Positions 1-10,057 are shown, counted from the stretch's first letter. The stretch is DNA of 64,000 nt from Candidatus Heimdallarchaeota archaeon (GCA_019057815.1 JAHLWR010000011.1:1-64000), one strand, 5' to 3'. Notes: generated by a model from the letters alone, not told the origin. Numbers and translations are program-made.

Positions 1-88
1 ACAGGCTTCTTAACAGGAGGCTTCTTAGCAACAACAGGCTTCTTAACAGGAGGCTTCTTAGCAACAACAGGCTTCTTAACAGGAGGCT
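1..88. repeat. 33-bp coding tandem repeat (at least 2.7 copies) encoding KKPPVKKPVVA
   Basis: Unit acaggcttcttaacaggaggcttcttagcaaca at 1-33, 34-66, partial at 67-88. Confidence 0.95.
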
Positions 89-323
89 CTTCAACCTTAG
101 CTACTTTTGTTTTGGATACTTCCTTTTTAGCAGGTAAAGATATCATCGTTTTTGCATTATCAATCATTTTTCTTGCGGTAGCAGCGCCTATACCAGGAAG
201 TTGAGACAATTCCTCGGCAGTAGATTGTGAAATTTTTTCTATAGTGTTAAATCCATTATCTCTTAATGTTTCTGCGGCCTTTGGACCTACACCTACAATT
301 TGGTTAATATCATCGTTGCTCAT
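1..323 (-). CDS. Partial gene (runs off window): N-terminal helix-hairpin-helix domain followed by Lys/Pro/Val repeats; missing from ORF track
   Basis: Manual translation from ATG at 323: MSNDDINQIVGVGPKAAETLRDNGFNTIEKISQSTAEELSQLPGIGAATARKMIDNAK...EEPPVKKPVVAKKPPVKKPVVAKKPPVKKP; two GxG HhH motifs; AGGTG SD upstream. Confidence 0.85.
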   Translation of the reverse strand, partial: MSNDDINQIVGVGPKAAETLRDNGFNTIEKISQSTAEELSQLPGIGAATARKMIDNAKTMISLPAKKEVSKTKVAKVEEPPVKKPVVAKKPPVKKPVVAKKPPVKKP

Positions 324-434
324 TATTTACACCTAATTGACAGTCAAAAATGACTAAACTAGTTTTAAAAACCTTTGTTTCAATGTCCAAACAACGAATA
401 ACATTTAAAACTCTCTGCTTCATAAGGAGTACAG

Positions 435-1052
435 ATGAAGAAGAGAGTCCTTATAACAGGTTTCCCTCCATTTGGGAAATCAACGGTAAACTCCTCCATT
501 ATGGCATGTAATAATCTAAACAACCTAGCAATTCTTGATCTTGATATTATAGCTGCTGAGATACCCTTACATTACAAAGAAATTAAGAGTTCCATTGAAA
601 AGGCAGTAGAAGAAATTGAGCCATCTATTGTTATAGCAACAGGACAATCAAATCGTTCAAGAATATCTATTGAAAGAGTTGCAATCAATATTGCAGATGT
701 AAACAAAGTTGTTTATAATTGTGGTTCTAAACCTGCTGATGAGAGATTAATTGAAGATGGTTCAGCAGCTTTCTTTTCTACGTTACCAATTAAGAAAATT
801 AGAACAAATTTAGAGGTCCAGGGAATTCCGTGCGAGATATCCAACACAGCAGGAACTTTTGGGTGCAACCAAATTTTTTATTATTTAATGCATTATCTTA
901 AACATAATGAAAAATCAATTCCAGCTGGATTTATACACGTACCTTCCCTTCCAAAACAGGTTATTGGAAAACTGGTTCCATCAATGTCTATAGATTTAAT
1001 AACCAAATCACTAAAAATAGCTATTGAAACCACTATAATTGAATCAAGATGA
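435..1052 (+). CDS. pcp: Pyroglutamyl-peptidase I (C15)
   Basis: LITGFPPFG, ISIERVAIN (Glu), SNTAGTFGCN (Cys), GFIHVP (His). Confidence 0.95.
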   Translation: MKKRVLITGFPPFGKSTVNSSIMACNNLNNLAILDLDIIAAEIPLHYKEIKSSIEKAVEEIEPSIVIATGQSNRSRISIERVAINIADVNKVVYNCGSKPADERLIEDGSAAFFSTLPIKKIRTNLEVQGIPCEISNTAGTFGCNQIFYYLMHYLKHNEKSIPAGFIHVPSLPKQVIGKLVPSMSIDLITKSLKIAIETTIIESR

Positions 1053-1070
1053 GTAAATGGTGAGACATTA

Positions 1071-1484
1071 ATGAAAAAGTATCTTTTCTTAGCACTCAAA
1101 AAGGAAGAATTTCTTACAATGATAGACAGAATTACTCACGAGCGTCTTCATCTCAAGACAAAAAAAATTACAGATGATTCTATAACGATTGCTTGTCAGC
1201 TTGCATTGCCTATATCTACGATAACATTTCGCGTAAAGGAGGAAGAAAAAAACTTAAGAGTAACTAGAATCATCAGTTGGATTCCGTTTTTATGGACTTT
1301 AATTCCATTATTAATAATTTTAGAAGCTATTACATTTGGTTTCTCTTATATTTTTGAAGATATTTCAATTTGGTCTTATTTAATTGTGGGTTTTGTTTGG
1401 TTGCTGTTAACAACATTCCTAATTTATTACGTCTTTACTGAAGTTGAAGAAATTCTAAATAAATTATACAAAGTAGAGGTGTAA
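1071..1484 (+). CDS. Hypothetical membrane protein (2 TM)
   Basis: 137-aa ORF, two C-terminal hydrophobic segments, operon-like spacing. Confidence 0.7.
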   Translation: MKKYLFLALKKEEFLTMIDRITHERLHLKTKKITDDSITIACQLALPISTITFRVKEEEKNLRVTRIISWIPFLWTLIPLLIILEAITFGFSYIFEDISIWSYLIVGFVWLLLTTFLIYYVFTEVEEILNKLYKVEV

Positions 1485-1487
1485 CCA

Positions 1488-2345
1488 ACGAAAATAGATC
1501 TCCACACTCATTCTATTTTTTCCGATGGTAAACAAACACCTAGACAGTTGTTAGAAATGGCTGAGGAGAAAGAATTATCTCTTTTCTCAATTACGGATCA
1601 TGATACTATCGGAGGAGTTTTAGAGGTCAAGAAAAATTCTAAAGAATACTCATTCAAATTCCTTACTGGTATTGAGCTTTCTATTAATTATAAAAACAAG
1701 AAACTAGAAGTCTTAGGATACAATTTTGATGTAAAAAACTCTTTTATTGGAGAGAAACTTAAACAGTTACAACTGGAAAGAGAACACAGAATCCATCTAA
1801 TTCTGAAGAAATTGAATAATATTGGGATTAACCTGAAGATTGCAGATATTGAATTACACACAAATCAAACAAAAAGTCCTGGTAGAGTCCATATCGCAAG
1901 AACGCTTATTTCTAAGGGATTTGTGTCAACTGTTTCAGAAGCTTTTGATAAATACATAGGAAATGGAAAACCAGCATATGTAATGAGAAAAGCAATAAAA
2001 GCCACTGAAGCGATAGAATTAATACAAAATGCAGGAGGAATAGCAGTTCTACCTCATCCTTTAGTTTTTGAATCATTTAATTATGAAAATCTTAGAGAAA
2101 TATTAGATGATTTTGTAACTTGGGGGATGAAAGGAGTTGAAGTCTATTATGACTATAAAACAATGTTACCTGGTTTATCTAGTGAACGCATAAATAACGG
2201 AATAGAATTCTTAAAACGCTATTGTAAGAACAATAAATTGCTTCAAACTGGTGGTTCAGATTATCATGGAGATAAAGGTATTTTGGGTAATGTAAAAATC
2301 CCACAAAATGTAGTTGCTCAATTAATCAGTTATTTTTCAACTTGA
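1488..2345 (+). CDS. PHP-domain phosphoesterase (TrpH/YciV-like); true start lies upstream of the ORF-track start
   Basis: In-frame upstream extension KIDLHTHSIFSDG; ITDHD, GIELS, GRVHIA, LPHP, GGSDYHG; GAGGTG SD 6 nt before ACG 1488. Confidence 0.9.
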   Translation, partial: TKIDLHTHSIFSDGKQTPRQLLEMAEEKELSLFSITDHDTIGGVLEVKKNSKEYSFKFLTGIELSINYKNKKLEVLGYNFDVKNSFIGEKLKQLQLEREHRIHLILKKLNNIGINLKIADIELHTNQTKSPGRVHIARTLISKGFVSTVSEAFDKYIGNGKPAYVMRKAIKATEAIELIQNAGGIAVLPHPLVFESFNYENLREILDDFVTWGMKGVEVYYDYKTMLPGLSSERINNGIEFLKRYCKNNKLLQTGGSDYHGDKGILGNVKIPQNVVAQLISYFST

Positions 2346-2472
2346 ATTCTTCCATCACTTCTGTCCGAGGAACAACCATCATCACTTATTGTCAATGAAA
2401 GTAAGGTTTGTCTTATTCACATTGCTAATTAAGGGTAATTTTTGATATGATTCTTGAATATGAAGAAAAAGC

Positions 2473-3894
2473 TCATTCATTGATACGATTGATAACGGAA
2501 CTTAATAGTTTAAGCAAGTGATCCATGGTTTGTTTTCCGATATCTAGACTTTTTCCTGGCTCGTGAAAGAGTAAGTTTCTCTTAAATCTTATTTCATGTA
2601 ACAAAGATACTTCTTCACTGGAGAAAAAGCTGTTCTTTTCTAAAATATCAATTAATCGTAGAAAGTTAATCTCATCACCTAATGGTGTATCAGACATGTT
2701 GGCAGCAATTTTACGAAATATCGTTTCAAGTGTTCGATAAATTAAAAGGAATGAGAGAGTCTGTTCTTCACTTCTGATTTTACTCCATTTTACCAATTTT
2801 TCCTGAATATAATCAATGTCTGCTTTTATAGCTTTTTCCTCTGATAATGTCAATATTTGGCTTGAAAACATTCTAGCTAGTGGATCAAACAGAAATTGCT
2901 TCTCGATTTTAGTTTTCGTTTCCTCAGGAATTTGAATTTCTTCAAGAACTTCTTTGTAGAGTTTCCAAGCAATCGTTTTAGCCATTTCATCACGATAATA
3001 CCAGGAAATCGCTGAAACTAATTTAGACTGTAATAATTCTCTTTTTGCAGCTTCAATAGATCTCGCTAACTCTCTCTGAGTTCTTCTCACAAAGAGATTA
3101 CTAATTGGGAATTCAGCTATAGCTAATATCTGAGATAATCTCTTTTCTCTTTCTTCTTCTGGTTCATAATAAATTATTGGCAATATTTGTGGAATCAGAT
3201 TACAAATTTTCCTTGATGAAACAATAAACAAGTAAAGCGCGATTACAAGCAAAACTCCGAATATCAACGCAAAAACAACAATATTTGTACTGTTTGTTAT
3301 TTGATCTAGCTCTATGAAATCCAGAATTATGCTAGTTTTATTTAGAATTATGATTAATACTAGATTCAGTAATAAAACCAAAGAACTAACACCGCTAAAT
3401 AAAAATAAGGTTTCGTGATAAGTTAATAATCGTTCATTTGTAGATGTATGGTTCCTATCAATGAATTGTTCCCCATATAGATTTTCAGATTCTTTTAGAA
3501 GATTTGGAATTAATTTGTTTTTGATTTTCAACTTAATAAGCCTGTACTCCTCATCAGTTAATTTCAGTTCCATGTCCAATAATGGTACAGCTTTATCTTG
3601 GAGTAAGTATTTCCTAGGTTTTAAAAAGATATTATCTAAATTTGACAATATATTTTTTCGAATATGATGTCTAACTCCTCCTAAAAAGAAGATAGTTTTT
3701 GGAGCAATTAGGTAAAGAAATAAGGTCGGAATAATGAAGAAAACAAATAATGAAAGTATAGAATATTGATAATTCCCGGTTCTTAATCCAGTATAAACTA
3801 TGTAAACAAAAATTTCGATAAAAATGGGGAAAAACAGCCCGAAAATTGTTCGCATTAATAATGGTTTCAGGCTAGATTTGCTTTTAAAACTCAT
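2473..3894 (-). CDS. Multi-TM membrane protein with C-terminal HEPN-like domain
   Basis: About 4 TM helices; C-terminal helical domain with RNLLFH (Rx4H). Confidence 0.6.
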   Translation of the reverse strand: MSFKSKSSLKPLLMRTIFGLFFPIFIEIFVYIVYTGLRTGNYQYSILSLFVFFIIPTLFLYLIAPKTIFFLGGVRHHIRKNILSNLDNIFLKPRKYLLQDKAVPLLDMELKLTDEEYRLIKLKIKNKLIPNLLKESENLYGEQFIDRNHTSTNERLLTYHETLFLFSGVSSLVLLLNLVLIIILNKTSIILDFIELDQITNSTNIVVFALIFGVLLVIALYLFIVSSRKICNLIPQILPIIYYEPEEEREKRLSQILAIAEFPISNLFVRRTQRELARSIEAAKRELLQSKLVSAISWYYRDEMAKTIAWKLYKEVLEEIQIPEETKTKIEKQFLFDPLARMFSSQILTLSEEKAIKADIDYIQEKLVKWSKIRSEEQTLSFLLIYRTLETIFRKIAANMSDTPLGDEINFLRLIDILEKNSFFSSEEVSLLHEIRFKRNLLFHEPGKSLDIGKQTMDHLLKLLSSVINRINE

Positions 3895-3942
3895 AAGGAA
3901 GGATGAAAATACACACTTAAATGTCTAATGTTCTCTTACACT

Positions 3943-5016
3943 CTAGCTATATTCGATATTATCATTTATTAATTTTTCAAGAATAGTCATTTTCTCTTTC
4001 TCAAACCAATCTTTTTCTGATTCTTTCAATAAATCATATGTCGTTAAATCTTCAAGACATCGAATTCGAAGTTTTTCAAAACCATTCATGGCTAAGTATT
4101 CGGATTCTTCAAGCAAGTTCTTTCGAGCAAGATCAGTTATTTTTTCTATAGACCAATTTAAAGGAAAAGAATCGATTGCTTCTTTATTATCTAACAAGAA
4201 TAAAGTAATTTGGGAAGCAAGAAATTTATTTCCAGCTTTAGCGAATTTCTGACTTAAAATTAAGATTTGTTGAACTTTAAATGTTGATTTAATGACGTTT
4301 AACTTCTCAAGATCTTCAGTTAACGACCTTAATAGTGCGATGAGCTGAATAATATCTTGAATTTCTAAATCAAAGATGATTTTCTTTGGAAAATAGTCGA
4401 ATTGTTTACTAATCGAATAGTTATTGTTTACCATTGTGTTATTTTGATATCTCTTTATAAAGTCCTTAGAAGACATTTTTAGGAGAGAGAAATTTGGAGA
4501 TATTCTAAAGATATCATCAAGATTCTTTCTACCGCGTAGAATTAGTAATTGTAGAATAAACCGATTATACCATTTATCATAAAAAAAGATTGATGGAATT
4601 ATATTACCATTACATCCAATAAAAGTTGTTAAGGGTGAATCATAGTTGCATAAACACTTATACTTTTCAAAAGTAATGTCATATTCTAAATTCGTAAAAA
4701 GTATTCGATTGTTAGAACTCTCTTTCACCAATTGATCCATAGTTTTTAGGTTCAGAGTATAGTTATTAGGCAAAATCTTTATTTTAAAAGTTAAAATATT
4801 ATTTTCCTGAATAGTAGCAGATATTACTTTATATTCCCTTTTTGTCATTCCTATAACAATTTCACTACAGAACAGTTTTAGTTTTCTTACAGCATCTAGT
4901 ATTTTTTCTGTGTCCATACACCCCAAAATTACCCCTGTTACATTGTCATCTATGAACCGCTTTTTTCCTATTTCACTCGTAGTTTTCTTAAGCAAGCTAA
5001 TTAGGGAGTTGTGCAT
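3943..5016 (-). CDS. Hypothetical protein, possibly degenerate MobA-like N-domain
   Basis: VTGVILG resembles MobA GxILAGG but the motif is broken; follows mobB. Confidence 0.4.
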   Translation of the reverse strand: MHNSLISLLKKTTSEIGKKRFIDDNVTGVILGCMDTEKILDAVRKLKLFCSEIVIGMTKREYKVISATIQENNILTFKIKILPNNYTLNLKTMDQLVKESSNNRILFTNLEYDITFEKYKCLCNYDSPLTTFIGCNGNIIPSIFFYDKWYNRFILQLLILRGRKNLDDIFRISPNFSLLKMSSKDFIKRYQNNTMVNNNYSISKQFDYFPKKIIFDLEIQDIIQLIALLRSLTEDLEKLNVIKSTFKVQQILILSQKFAKAGNKFLASQITLFLLDNKEAIDSFPLNWSIEKITDLARKNLLEESEYLAMNGFEKLRIRCLEDLTTYDLLKESEKDWFEKEKMTILEKLINDNIEYS

Positions 5017-5025
5017 GTGTAACCC

Positions 5026-5553
5026 TTAAGAAGTTAAATATTTCACGATCTCTTTAACAAGTGTTTCCATTCCAAATACAATGGGGACAGATTTTTTCTC
5101 ACTCAATTCTTTTAATTGTTCATGATTATTATAATCTTTCTGAGAGCAATAAACTAGTAATAATTCATTTAAATTAAACTCGTTCAGGTTATGCACTTCA
5201 TCTGATTTCCATATGAGTACTTTTGGATACTCAGACATCTTAAAGCCTTCAATTAAAATTACATCATTTTTGCTTATCGAATCGATAGTTTCTATAATTT
5301 GTTGTAAACTATAATTTTGAGCAATTGTTATTTGAAGTGAATTATCGAAAAGACCAGCAGAAATTTTCGCGCCCGAATCTAAGTATTTACCTGTATCCTT
5401 CGAGTTCTCACGTTTTTTATAAGATTTAGCAGATTTAATTACAGCTACTTGGTACCCTATTTTCGTTAATTTAGCTAAAACTGTTTGAATAATTGTTGTT
5501 TTTCCAGTTTGGGAATAACCAACAACTTGCAGAATTTTGTTTTTCATGTGCAT
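5026..5553 (-). CDS. mobB: Molybdopterin-guanine dinucleotide biosynthesis protein B
   Basis: GYSQTGKT P-loop, VAVIK, DT..Y..SGA, ILIEGFK, PK. Confidence 0.85.
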   Translation of the reverse strand: MHMKNKILQVVGYSQTGKTTIIQTVLAKLTKIGYQVAVIKSAKSYKKRENSKDTGKYLDSGAKISAGLFDNSLQITIAQNYSLQQIIETIDSISKNDVILIEGFKMSEYPKVLIWKSDEVHNLNEFNLNELLLVYCSQKDYNNHEQLKELSEKKSVPIVFGMETLVKEIVKYLTS

Positions 5554-5596
5554 TCCATTTGTTCTACAAATTAGTTAAGAAGTAAATGAAGAATAA

Positions 5597-7093
5597 TTAT
5601 TCTACTAATTCCTTAGCAGAATCTATAATCATTTTAGCATTCGCAGGTCCGATTCCTTTTATTTTACTCAATTTCTCTAGAGATATTGCAGCTATTTTTT
5701 CAACTGTATTATACCCAGATTCTCTTAATAGCATAGCTTTTCTAGAACCTACACCCTTGATATTCGTAATTGGTATCTTGGGTTCGTCACTAGTTATTAT
5801 AATAGGTTCTTCTTCTGGGAATTCCTCAGCTTCTGATTCTTCCATTGGTTTCTTCTTAATATCCTTTTTGCGGTAAGGTTTTATTGGTAAAGGTATAGGA
5901 GCAGATACAATACGAGACGATTTTGGTTTAATAATTCTCAATGGTTTAAGCGGGCTATTGGAATCTTCAGATTCTTCTTTCTCTTCTATCAAGTATTCAC
6001 TAGGCTTGACTAGTTGATCTTCTTGAACTACCTTATCTTTATGTTCTCTAATATAATCACTGGGTTTGATTAGACTTTCTTGAGGAAGTGACTTACTTTC
6101 TTGAGGAAGTGACTTACTTTCTTGAGGAAGTGACTTACTTTCTTGAGGAAGTGACTTACTTTCAACCTTTTGAGTTATTTTACTAGGTCTACCTAACCGA
6201 CCATGTTGTACTACCTCATCTTTGTGTTCTTTAATATAATCACTGGGTTTGATTAAGCTATCTTCTGGAGGTTTATGTTCAAAATCTTCTTTCTTAGTTA
6301 CAATTTGTCCAGTATCAAGCCTCTGTTTCTCAATTAAGCCCTTTGAACCTGTAGGAGAACTAATGATATCTTCAACAGTGATTTTAACTTGGGAAGAAAT
6401 TGGTTTTTGTAGTGTTGTTGAAACTTGTACAGTGCTTTTACCTTTGAAATCTACAGTTTCTCTTTCTTTCAAGTATTCACTAGGTTTAAGTAAAGAATCT
6501 CTGTGAGGAATTGTTTTTTGCTTGAATAATTCACTAGGTTTAACTAGAGTATCTTCTAAAGGTTTCTTGAGTTTTTGAGTTTGTATTGTGAGGGCTCGCT
6601 CTTTCTCTTCTTTAGTTGCTACGATGGGTTTTTCAATTTTCATTACTTCCTTTTGAGCACTTGAAGATGGAAAATCTCTAGTTTCGGATTCGTATGGTTT
6701 TCCTAATGGCATCTGAATTACTTTTGTTTCTCGTATTTCATATCCTGTTGATTCCAAAGAAGATCCTTTACCTACAGATCTTGTAGCTTCCAATATTTGA
6801 TAAAATGTTACTTCTTTCATGCCAAGATCTTCAAAACATTCAGATAACCAATTTGCATATCTATGCACATTAACTTGTGTACCCAATTTTTTCTCCCAGA
6901 AGCTAATAATAACTCTAGATAAGAGATTAAAAGATTCAAACTTATGGGTTTCAACAACATGTTTTCCTTCAAATAGTTCAATTTCACCGCGCATGTCTTC
7001 CTTAAATTCTAAATCTTGTATTTTAACGGATATTCCATATTGAGAACTACCAATCAGATTCCTCCTTCTTGAAAAATGTGACATGATTATCAT
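5597..7093 (-). CDS. Low-complexity repeat protein with C-terminal HhH domain
   Basis: Repeated LxKPS(D/E) motifs, SLPQESK tandem, C-terminal IKGVG...IKGIG HhH pair. Confidence 0.8.
   Translation of the reverse strand: MIIMSHFSRRRNLIGSSQYGISVKIQDLEFKEDMRGEIELFEGKHVVETHKFESFNLLSRVIISFWEKKLGTQVNVHRYANWLSECFEDLGMKEVTFYQILEATRSVGKGSSLESTGYEIRETKVIQMPLGKPYESETRDFPSSSAQKEVMKIEKPIVATKEEKERALTIQTQKLKKPLEDTLVKPSELFKQKTIPHRDSLLKPSEYLKERETVDFKGKSTVQVSTTLQKPISSQVKITVEDIISSPTGSKGLIEKQRLDTGQIVTKKEDFEHKPPEDSLIKPSDYIKEHKDEVVQHGRLGRPSKITQKVESKSLPQESKSLPQESKSLPQESKSLPQESLIKPSDYIREHKDKVVQEDQLVKPSEYLIEEKEESEDSNSPLKPLRIIKPKSSRIVSAPIPLPIKPYRKKDIKKKPMEESEAEEFPEEEPIIITSDEPKIPITNIKGVGSRKAMLLRESGYNTVEKIAAISLEKLSKIKGIGPANAKMIIDSAKELVE
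6074..6163. repeat. 21-bp coding tandem repeat x4.3 (ESKSLPQ)
   Basis: actttcttgaggaagtgactt at 6074, 6095, 6116, 6137, plus partial at 6158. Confidence 0.95.
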
Positions 7094-7164
7094 TTAATAC
7101 AAATTCAAACTGATTAAAAAGGTTTTACTAATAAGGGAAAAGAAAAAGAAAAATAGAAGAGATA

Positions 7165-8667
7165 TCATTCAGATGGGGAGGATTCAGTTTTTTGCCCATA
7201 AACTGATCTATCTTCTTTATTATAGGTTTCTATGACTCTCTCCTTGACTCTTGAAATGCTTTTTTCAATATCCCCTGAGATTCTAGTTTTTCTATCAGCA
7301 TGCCCTCTGAATGGATCAGCTATGTAGAAGAATAGAATTGTTTTGTAGGCTGTAGATATTGGTCGTAGAATTGCCGTTGTAGGTAGATATCCAAAGAAGA
7401 AACAGAGTGCTGCAATTACAAGGGAGAATATAAGAACAGAACTTGATTCAGTTATACCAAATTGACCTGCTAACCAATAATAACCTAGGAAGTATCCACC
7501 AACCGCAAAGACACCAAAAGTCATCATGGTAAATAGCCCTTTGGCTATACTTACACCAGTTTTTCCAATAATTATATCAGCAGCGGATTCAACGGCTAAA
7601 TTAGAAGAACGACCCATACTTCGTATGAAACCTTGCTTTTCAACAACTATAATTGTTAAAGTATAGTAATTGAGGAATTTAAGTATAGCATAGAGGAATT
7701 TCACTACTATGATTAGTATGAAGAAGATGATGTAGAGTGCTTTTTTAGCAATTTTCCAGAATTTGAAAAACATTGAAGATTCTTTGATTTTCTTAGCAGC
7801 AAAGTATTGTATGATTTTTATCAAGGTGTCAAAGAATGCCATGAACATTCCAAATAAGATAATACTACCTTTAACTTTCCAGATTTCTTTTAAAGCATAT
7901 TTTATTGATGCATCTTTATAGTTGTTCCAGCGCTTAAATATGCAAATATTGATTGCGTCACTGAAGTAGAGCATAGTATGGTGAATAGTTACATATGCAA
8001 AAATTATAAGGAAGAAAACGAGGTAAGCAACCCATCTTGAGGTGTATTCTAATACCAAATCAAGATTGGAACCTGCATATATAGCTGTAGCTACTCCTGT
8101 TACTGTAGTAATTATCGAAATTACTGCGAAAATTAATACAGGAAACAATGTACCTTTATGTTCATTAACAGCTTCTGTACTCATTTCGAAAAGTTTAGCA
8201 CCTAGAACGATTCTACGAGATAGAAGTAGAACAATTATACCAATCAAAGCTCCAGGAATTAGTATTGTCAAACCAATCCATAATTCCATATTTGTTCCAA
8301 CAATAACATAGATACCTGCACCGATTAGTAGTGCCGTTACACCAAAAATCACACCTGTAACTAGTTCTGCTCCAATATAACTCATAAGCCAAACTTCGAG
8401 ATAGGCGATCAAAATGCCTATTACAAAAAGGACAACAGCTACTAGAACAATCCACCAAATACAATCTTCTACAAATGAATATCCTTCACCGATTTTGTCA
8501 GTTACCCAATTAGTAAGATTGGGATGTTTTACAAGAAGTTGATAAATAGCATAAAAACCAAAAGCATATGCTGCAATAACAACTAGAAACCACACATAAA
8601 AGATGAGACCAAAGTCTCTTACTTTGGCTTCTTCTGTATTTGTCATATCTAAAGAATTGATACTCAA
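7165..8667 (-). CDS. Choline transporter-like (CTL/SLC44/Pns1) family membrane protein
   Basis: About 10 TM; RRIVLGAKLFEMSTEAV, KGSIILFG, KFLNYYTLTIIVVEKQGFIRS resemble CTL family blocks. Confidence 0.65.
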   Translation of the reverse strand: MSINSLDMTNTEEAKVRDFGLIFYVWFLVVIAAYAFGFYAIYQLLVKHPNLTNWVTDKIGEGYSFVEDCIWWIVLVAVVLFVIGILIAYLEVWLMSYIGAELVTGVIFGVTALLIGAGIYVIVGTNMELWIGLTILIPGALIGIIVLLLSRRIVLGAKLFEMSTEAVNEHKGTLFPVLIFAVISIITTVTGVATAIYAGSNLDLVLEYTSRWVAYLVFFLIIFAYVTIHHTMLYFSDAINICIFKRWNNYKDASIKYALKEIWKVKGSIILFGMFMAFFDTLIKIIQYFAAKKIKESSMFFKFWKIAKKALYIIFFILIIVVKFLYAILKFLNYYTLTIIVVEKQGFIRSMGRSSNLAVESAADIIIGKTGVSIAKGLFTMMTFGVFAVGGYFLGYYWLAGQFGITESSSVLIFSLVIAALCFFFGYLPTTAILRPISTAYKTILFFYIADPFRGHADRKTRISGDIEKSISRVKERVIETYNKEDRSVYGQKTESSPSE

Positions 8668-8687
8668 CTAAAAAAGTTTTTCTACAA

Positions 8688-8803
8688 TTTCTCTCCACAC
8701 AAAATTCTATTCAGAAAACTTAAGAAACTATTCAAAAAGAAATAAAATGTGAATAAGAAGTTAACAATAGTCTGTCACACAGTTTTGGATGATAAATTCT
8801 TCT
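8688..8803 (+). repeat. 116-bp direct repeat, copy 1: promoter region + truncated 5' end of the PfkB gene
   Basis: Matches 9942-10057 (offset 1254); first 69 nt identical; encodes MNKKLTIVCHTVLDDKFF, then diverges and stops. Confidence 0.9.
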
Positions 8804-9094
8804 TCTCCTCAAGTGTGAAAGTTTCCTACTTTATATACTACATATAAGGTTTATAAGTGAGAAAGAAAGTTCATAAAATCTTAGAGAGAAAGAATAAGAA
8901 AAAAGAAGATGATTAAAATGAGTGTTACAATAACAGGAAAGAGAATAGATGGAACTGAATTTTTAAAAAAATATTTGGTATCAAGTTTAAACTATCCATA
9001 ATTAACCTTTTATCGTAATTAACCTAATAAAAGAAAGAGGTATAGAAAAGGAATACGTGATTTTCTAAAAATCATCTGAGCACGTTTTAGATTT

Positions 9095-9754
9095 TTAATA
9101 AACATTTGCTCTTTTCCTCCTTACAACAAAAATTGCGCATAAAATTAAGCCAATAACTACAAATTGGGTTGTGAATGCTAAGCTTATTTCTGGAAGTGTT
9201 TGATTTGTAAAGCTAGGATAAGTTATATTTATAGCACCAGCAATGATTTGAATAGTTGTAAGTAATTCTTCAGCTGGTTTACCTGCTCCATATTTAGAAG
9301 CAGTATTGATGGGTCTCCCGAGCGTATAATTGCCATCTGGAAGTTGAGATAATCCCGATTGATTAATATAAAACGTGATAACTTCATATTCTGTAGTTAT
9401 ACTTGGTGGATAGGTAAAATCTGTAAATAAATTCAAGCACATTGATATAGGTGACATTTCCAAGGATTGATTAACAAATGATGCATTAATACAAACTTTA
9501 GGATAACAATCTGCACACTCAACTACTGTTTGATTTTCATCATCTCTATTTAAAATCTCTACTGTTACATTGATGCCAAATAGAGTAGTATTGGGTTTGT
9601 TGCTCTCTGGACCAGTAATTACAGATATTTCTGTGATCTCTGAAATTCTCGAAGCTATAATTGGTCCATCTCCAGTAACTGATAGCACCCTAGGGAAAAT
9701 AAGTGTAGAAATTATTAATGTTATAACCAAGAATTTACTAAATTTTTTGTCCAT
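9095..9754 (-). CDS. Secreted/surface protein with C-terminal TM anchor
   Basis: Signal peptide, many N-x-S/T sequons, C-terminal TM + RRKR. Confidence 0.75.
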   Translation of the reverse strand: MDKKFSKFLVITLIISTLIFPRVLSVTGDGPIIASRISEITEISVITGPESNKPNTTLFGINVTVEILNRDDENQTVVECADCYPKVCINASFVNQSLEMSPISMCLNLFTDFTYPPSITTEYEVITFYINQSGLSQLPDGNYTLGRPINTASKYGAGKPAEELLTTIQIIAGAINITYPSFTNQTLPEISLAFTTQFVVIGLILCAIFVVRRKRANVY

Positions 9755-9941
9755 AACTTTTTTCCTCCTTATTCTATAATCTAGCAGTTAATCTTTGATT
9801 ATTTATATGAGCAACAACACATATAACTATTTAGACTACTAATCTCCTCTCCGTATACGCTTTACCACAAGCTAAGTGCATCCACATAACCGTAACCCAT
9901 CATTTTAAACTGTTACCAAGGTGTGTTTAGTTAACAACAAC

Positions 9942-10057
9942 TTTCTCTCCACACAAAATTCTATTCAGAAAACTTAAGAAACTATTCAAAAAGAAATAAA
10001 ATGTGAATAATAAATTAACAATAGTTGGTCACACAGTTTTAGATGATAAGTTCTTCT
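9942..10057 (+). repeat. 116-bp direct repeat, copy 2 (intact PfkB upstream region and 5' end)
   Basis: Matches 8688-8803. Confidence 0.9.

Noticed and set aside
6074-6163. Tandem repeats (also 1-88) as a CRISPR array
   Set aside because: No spacers; units are multiples of 3 inside CDSs; no cas genes
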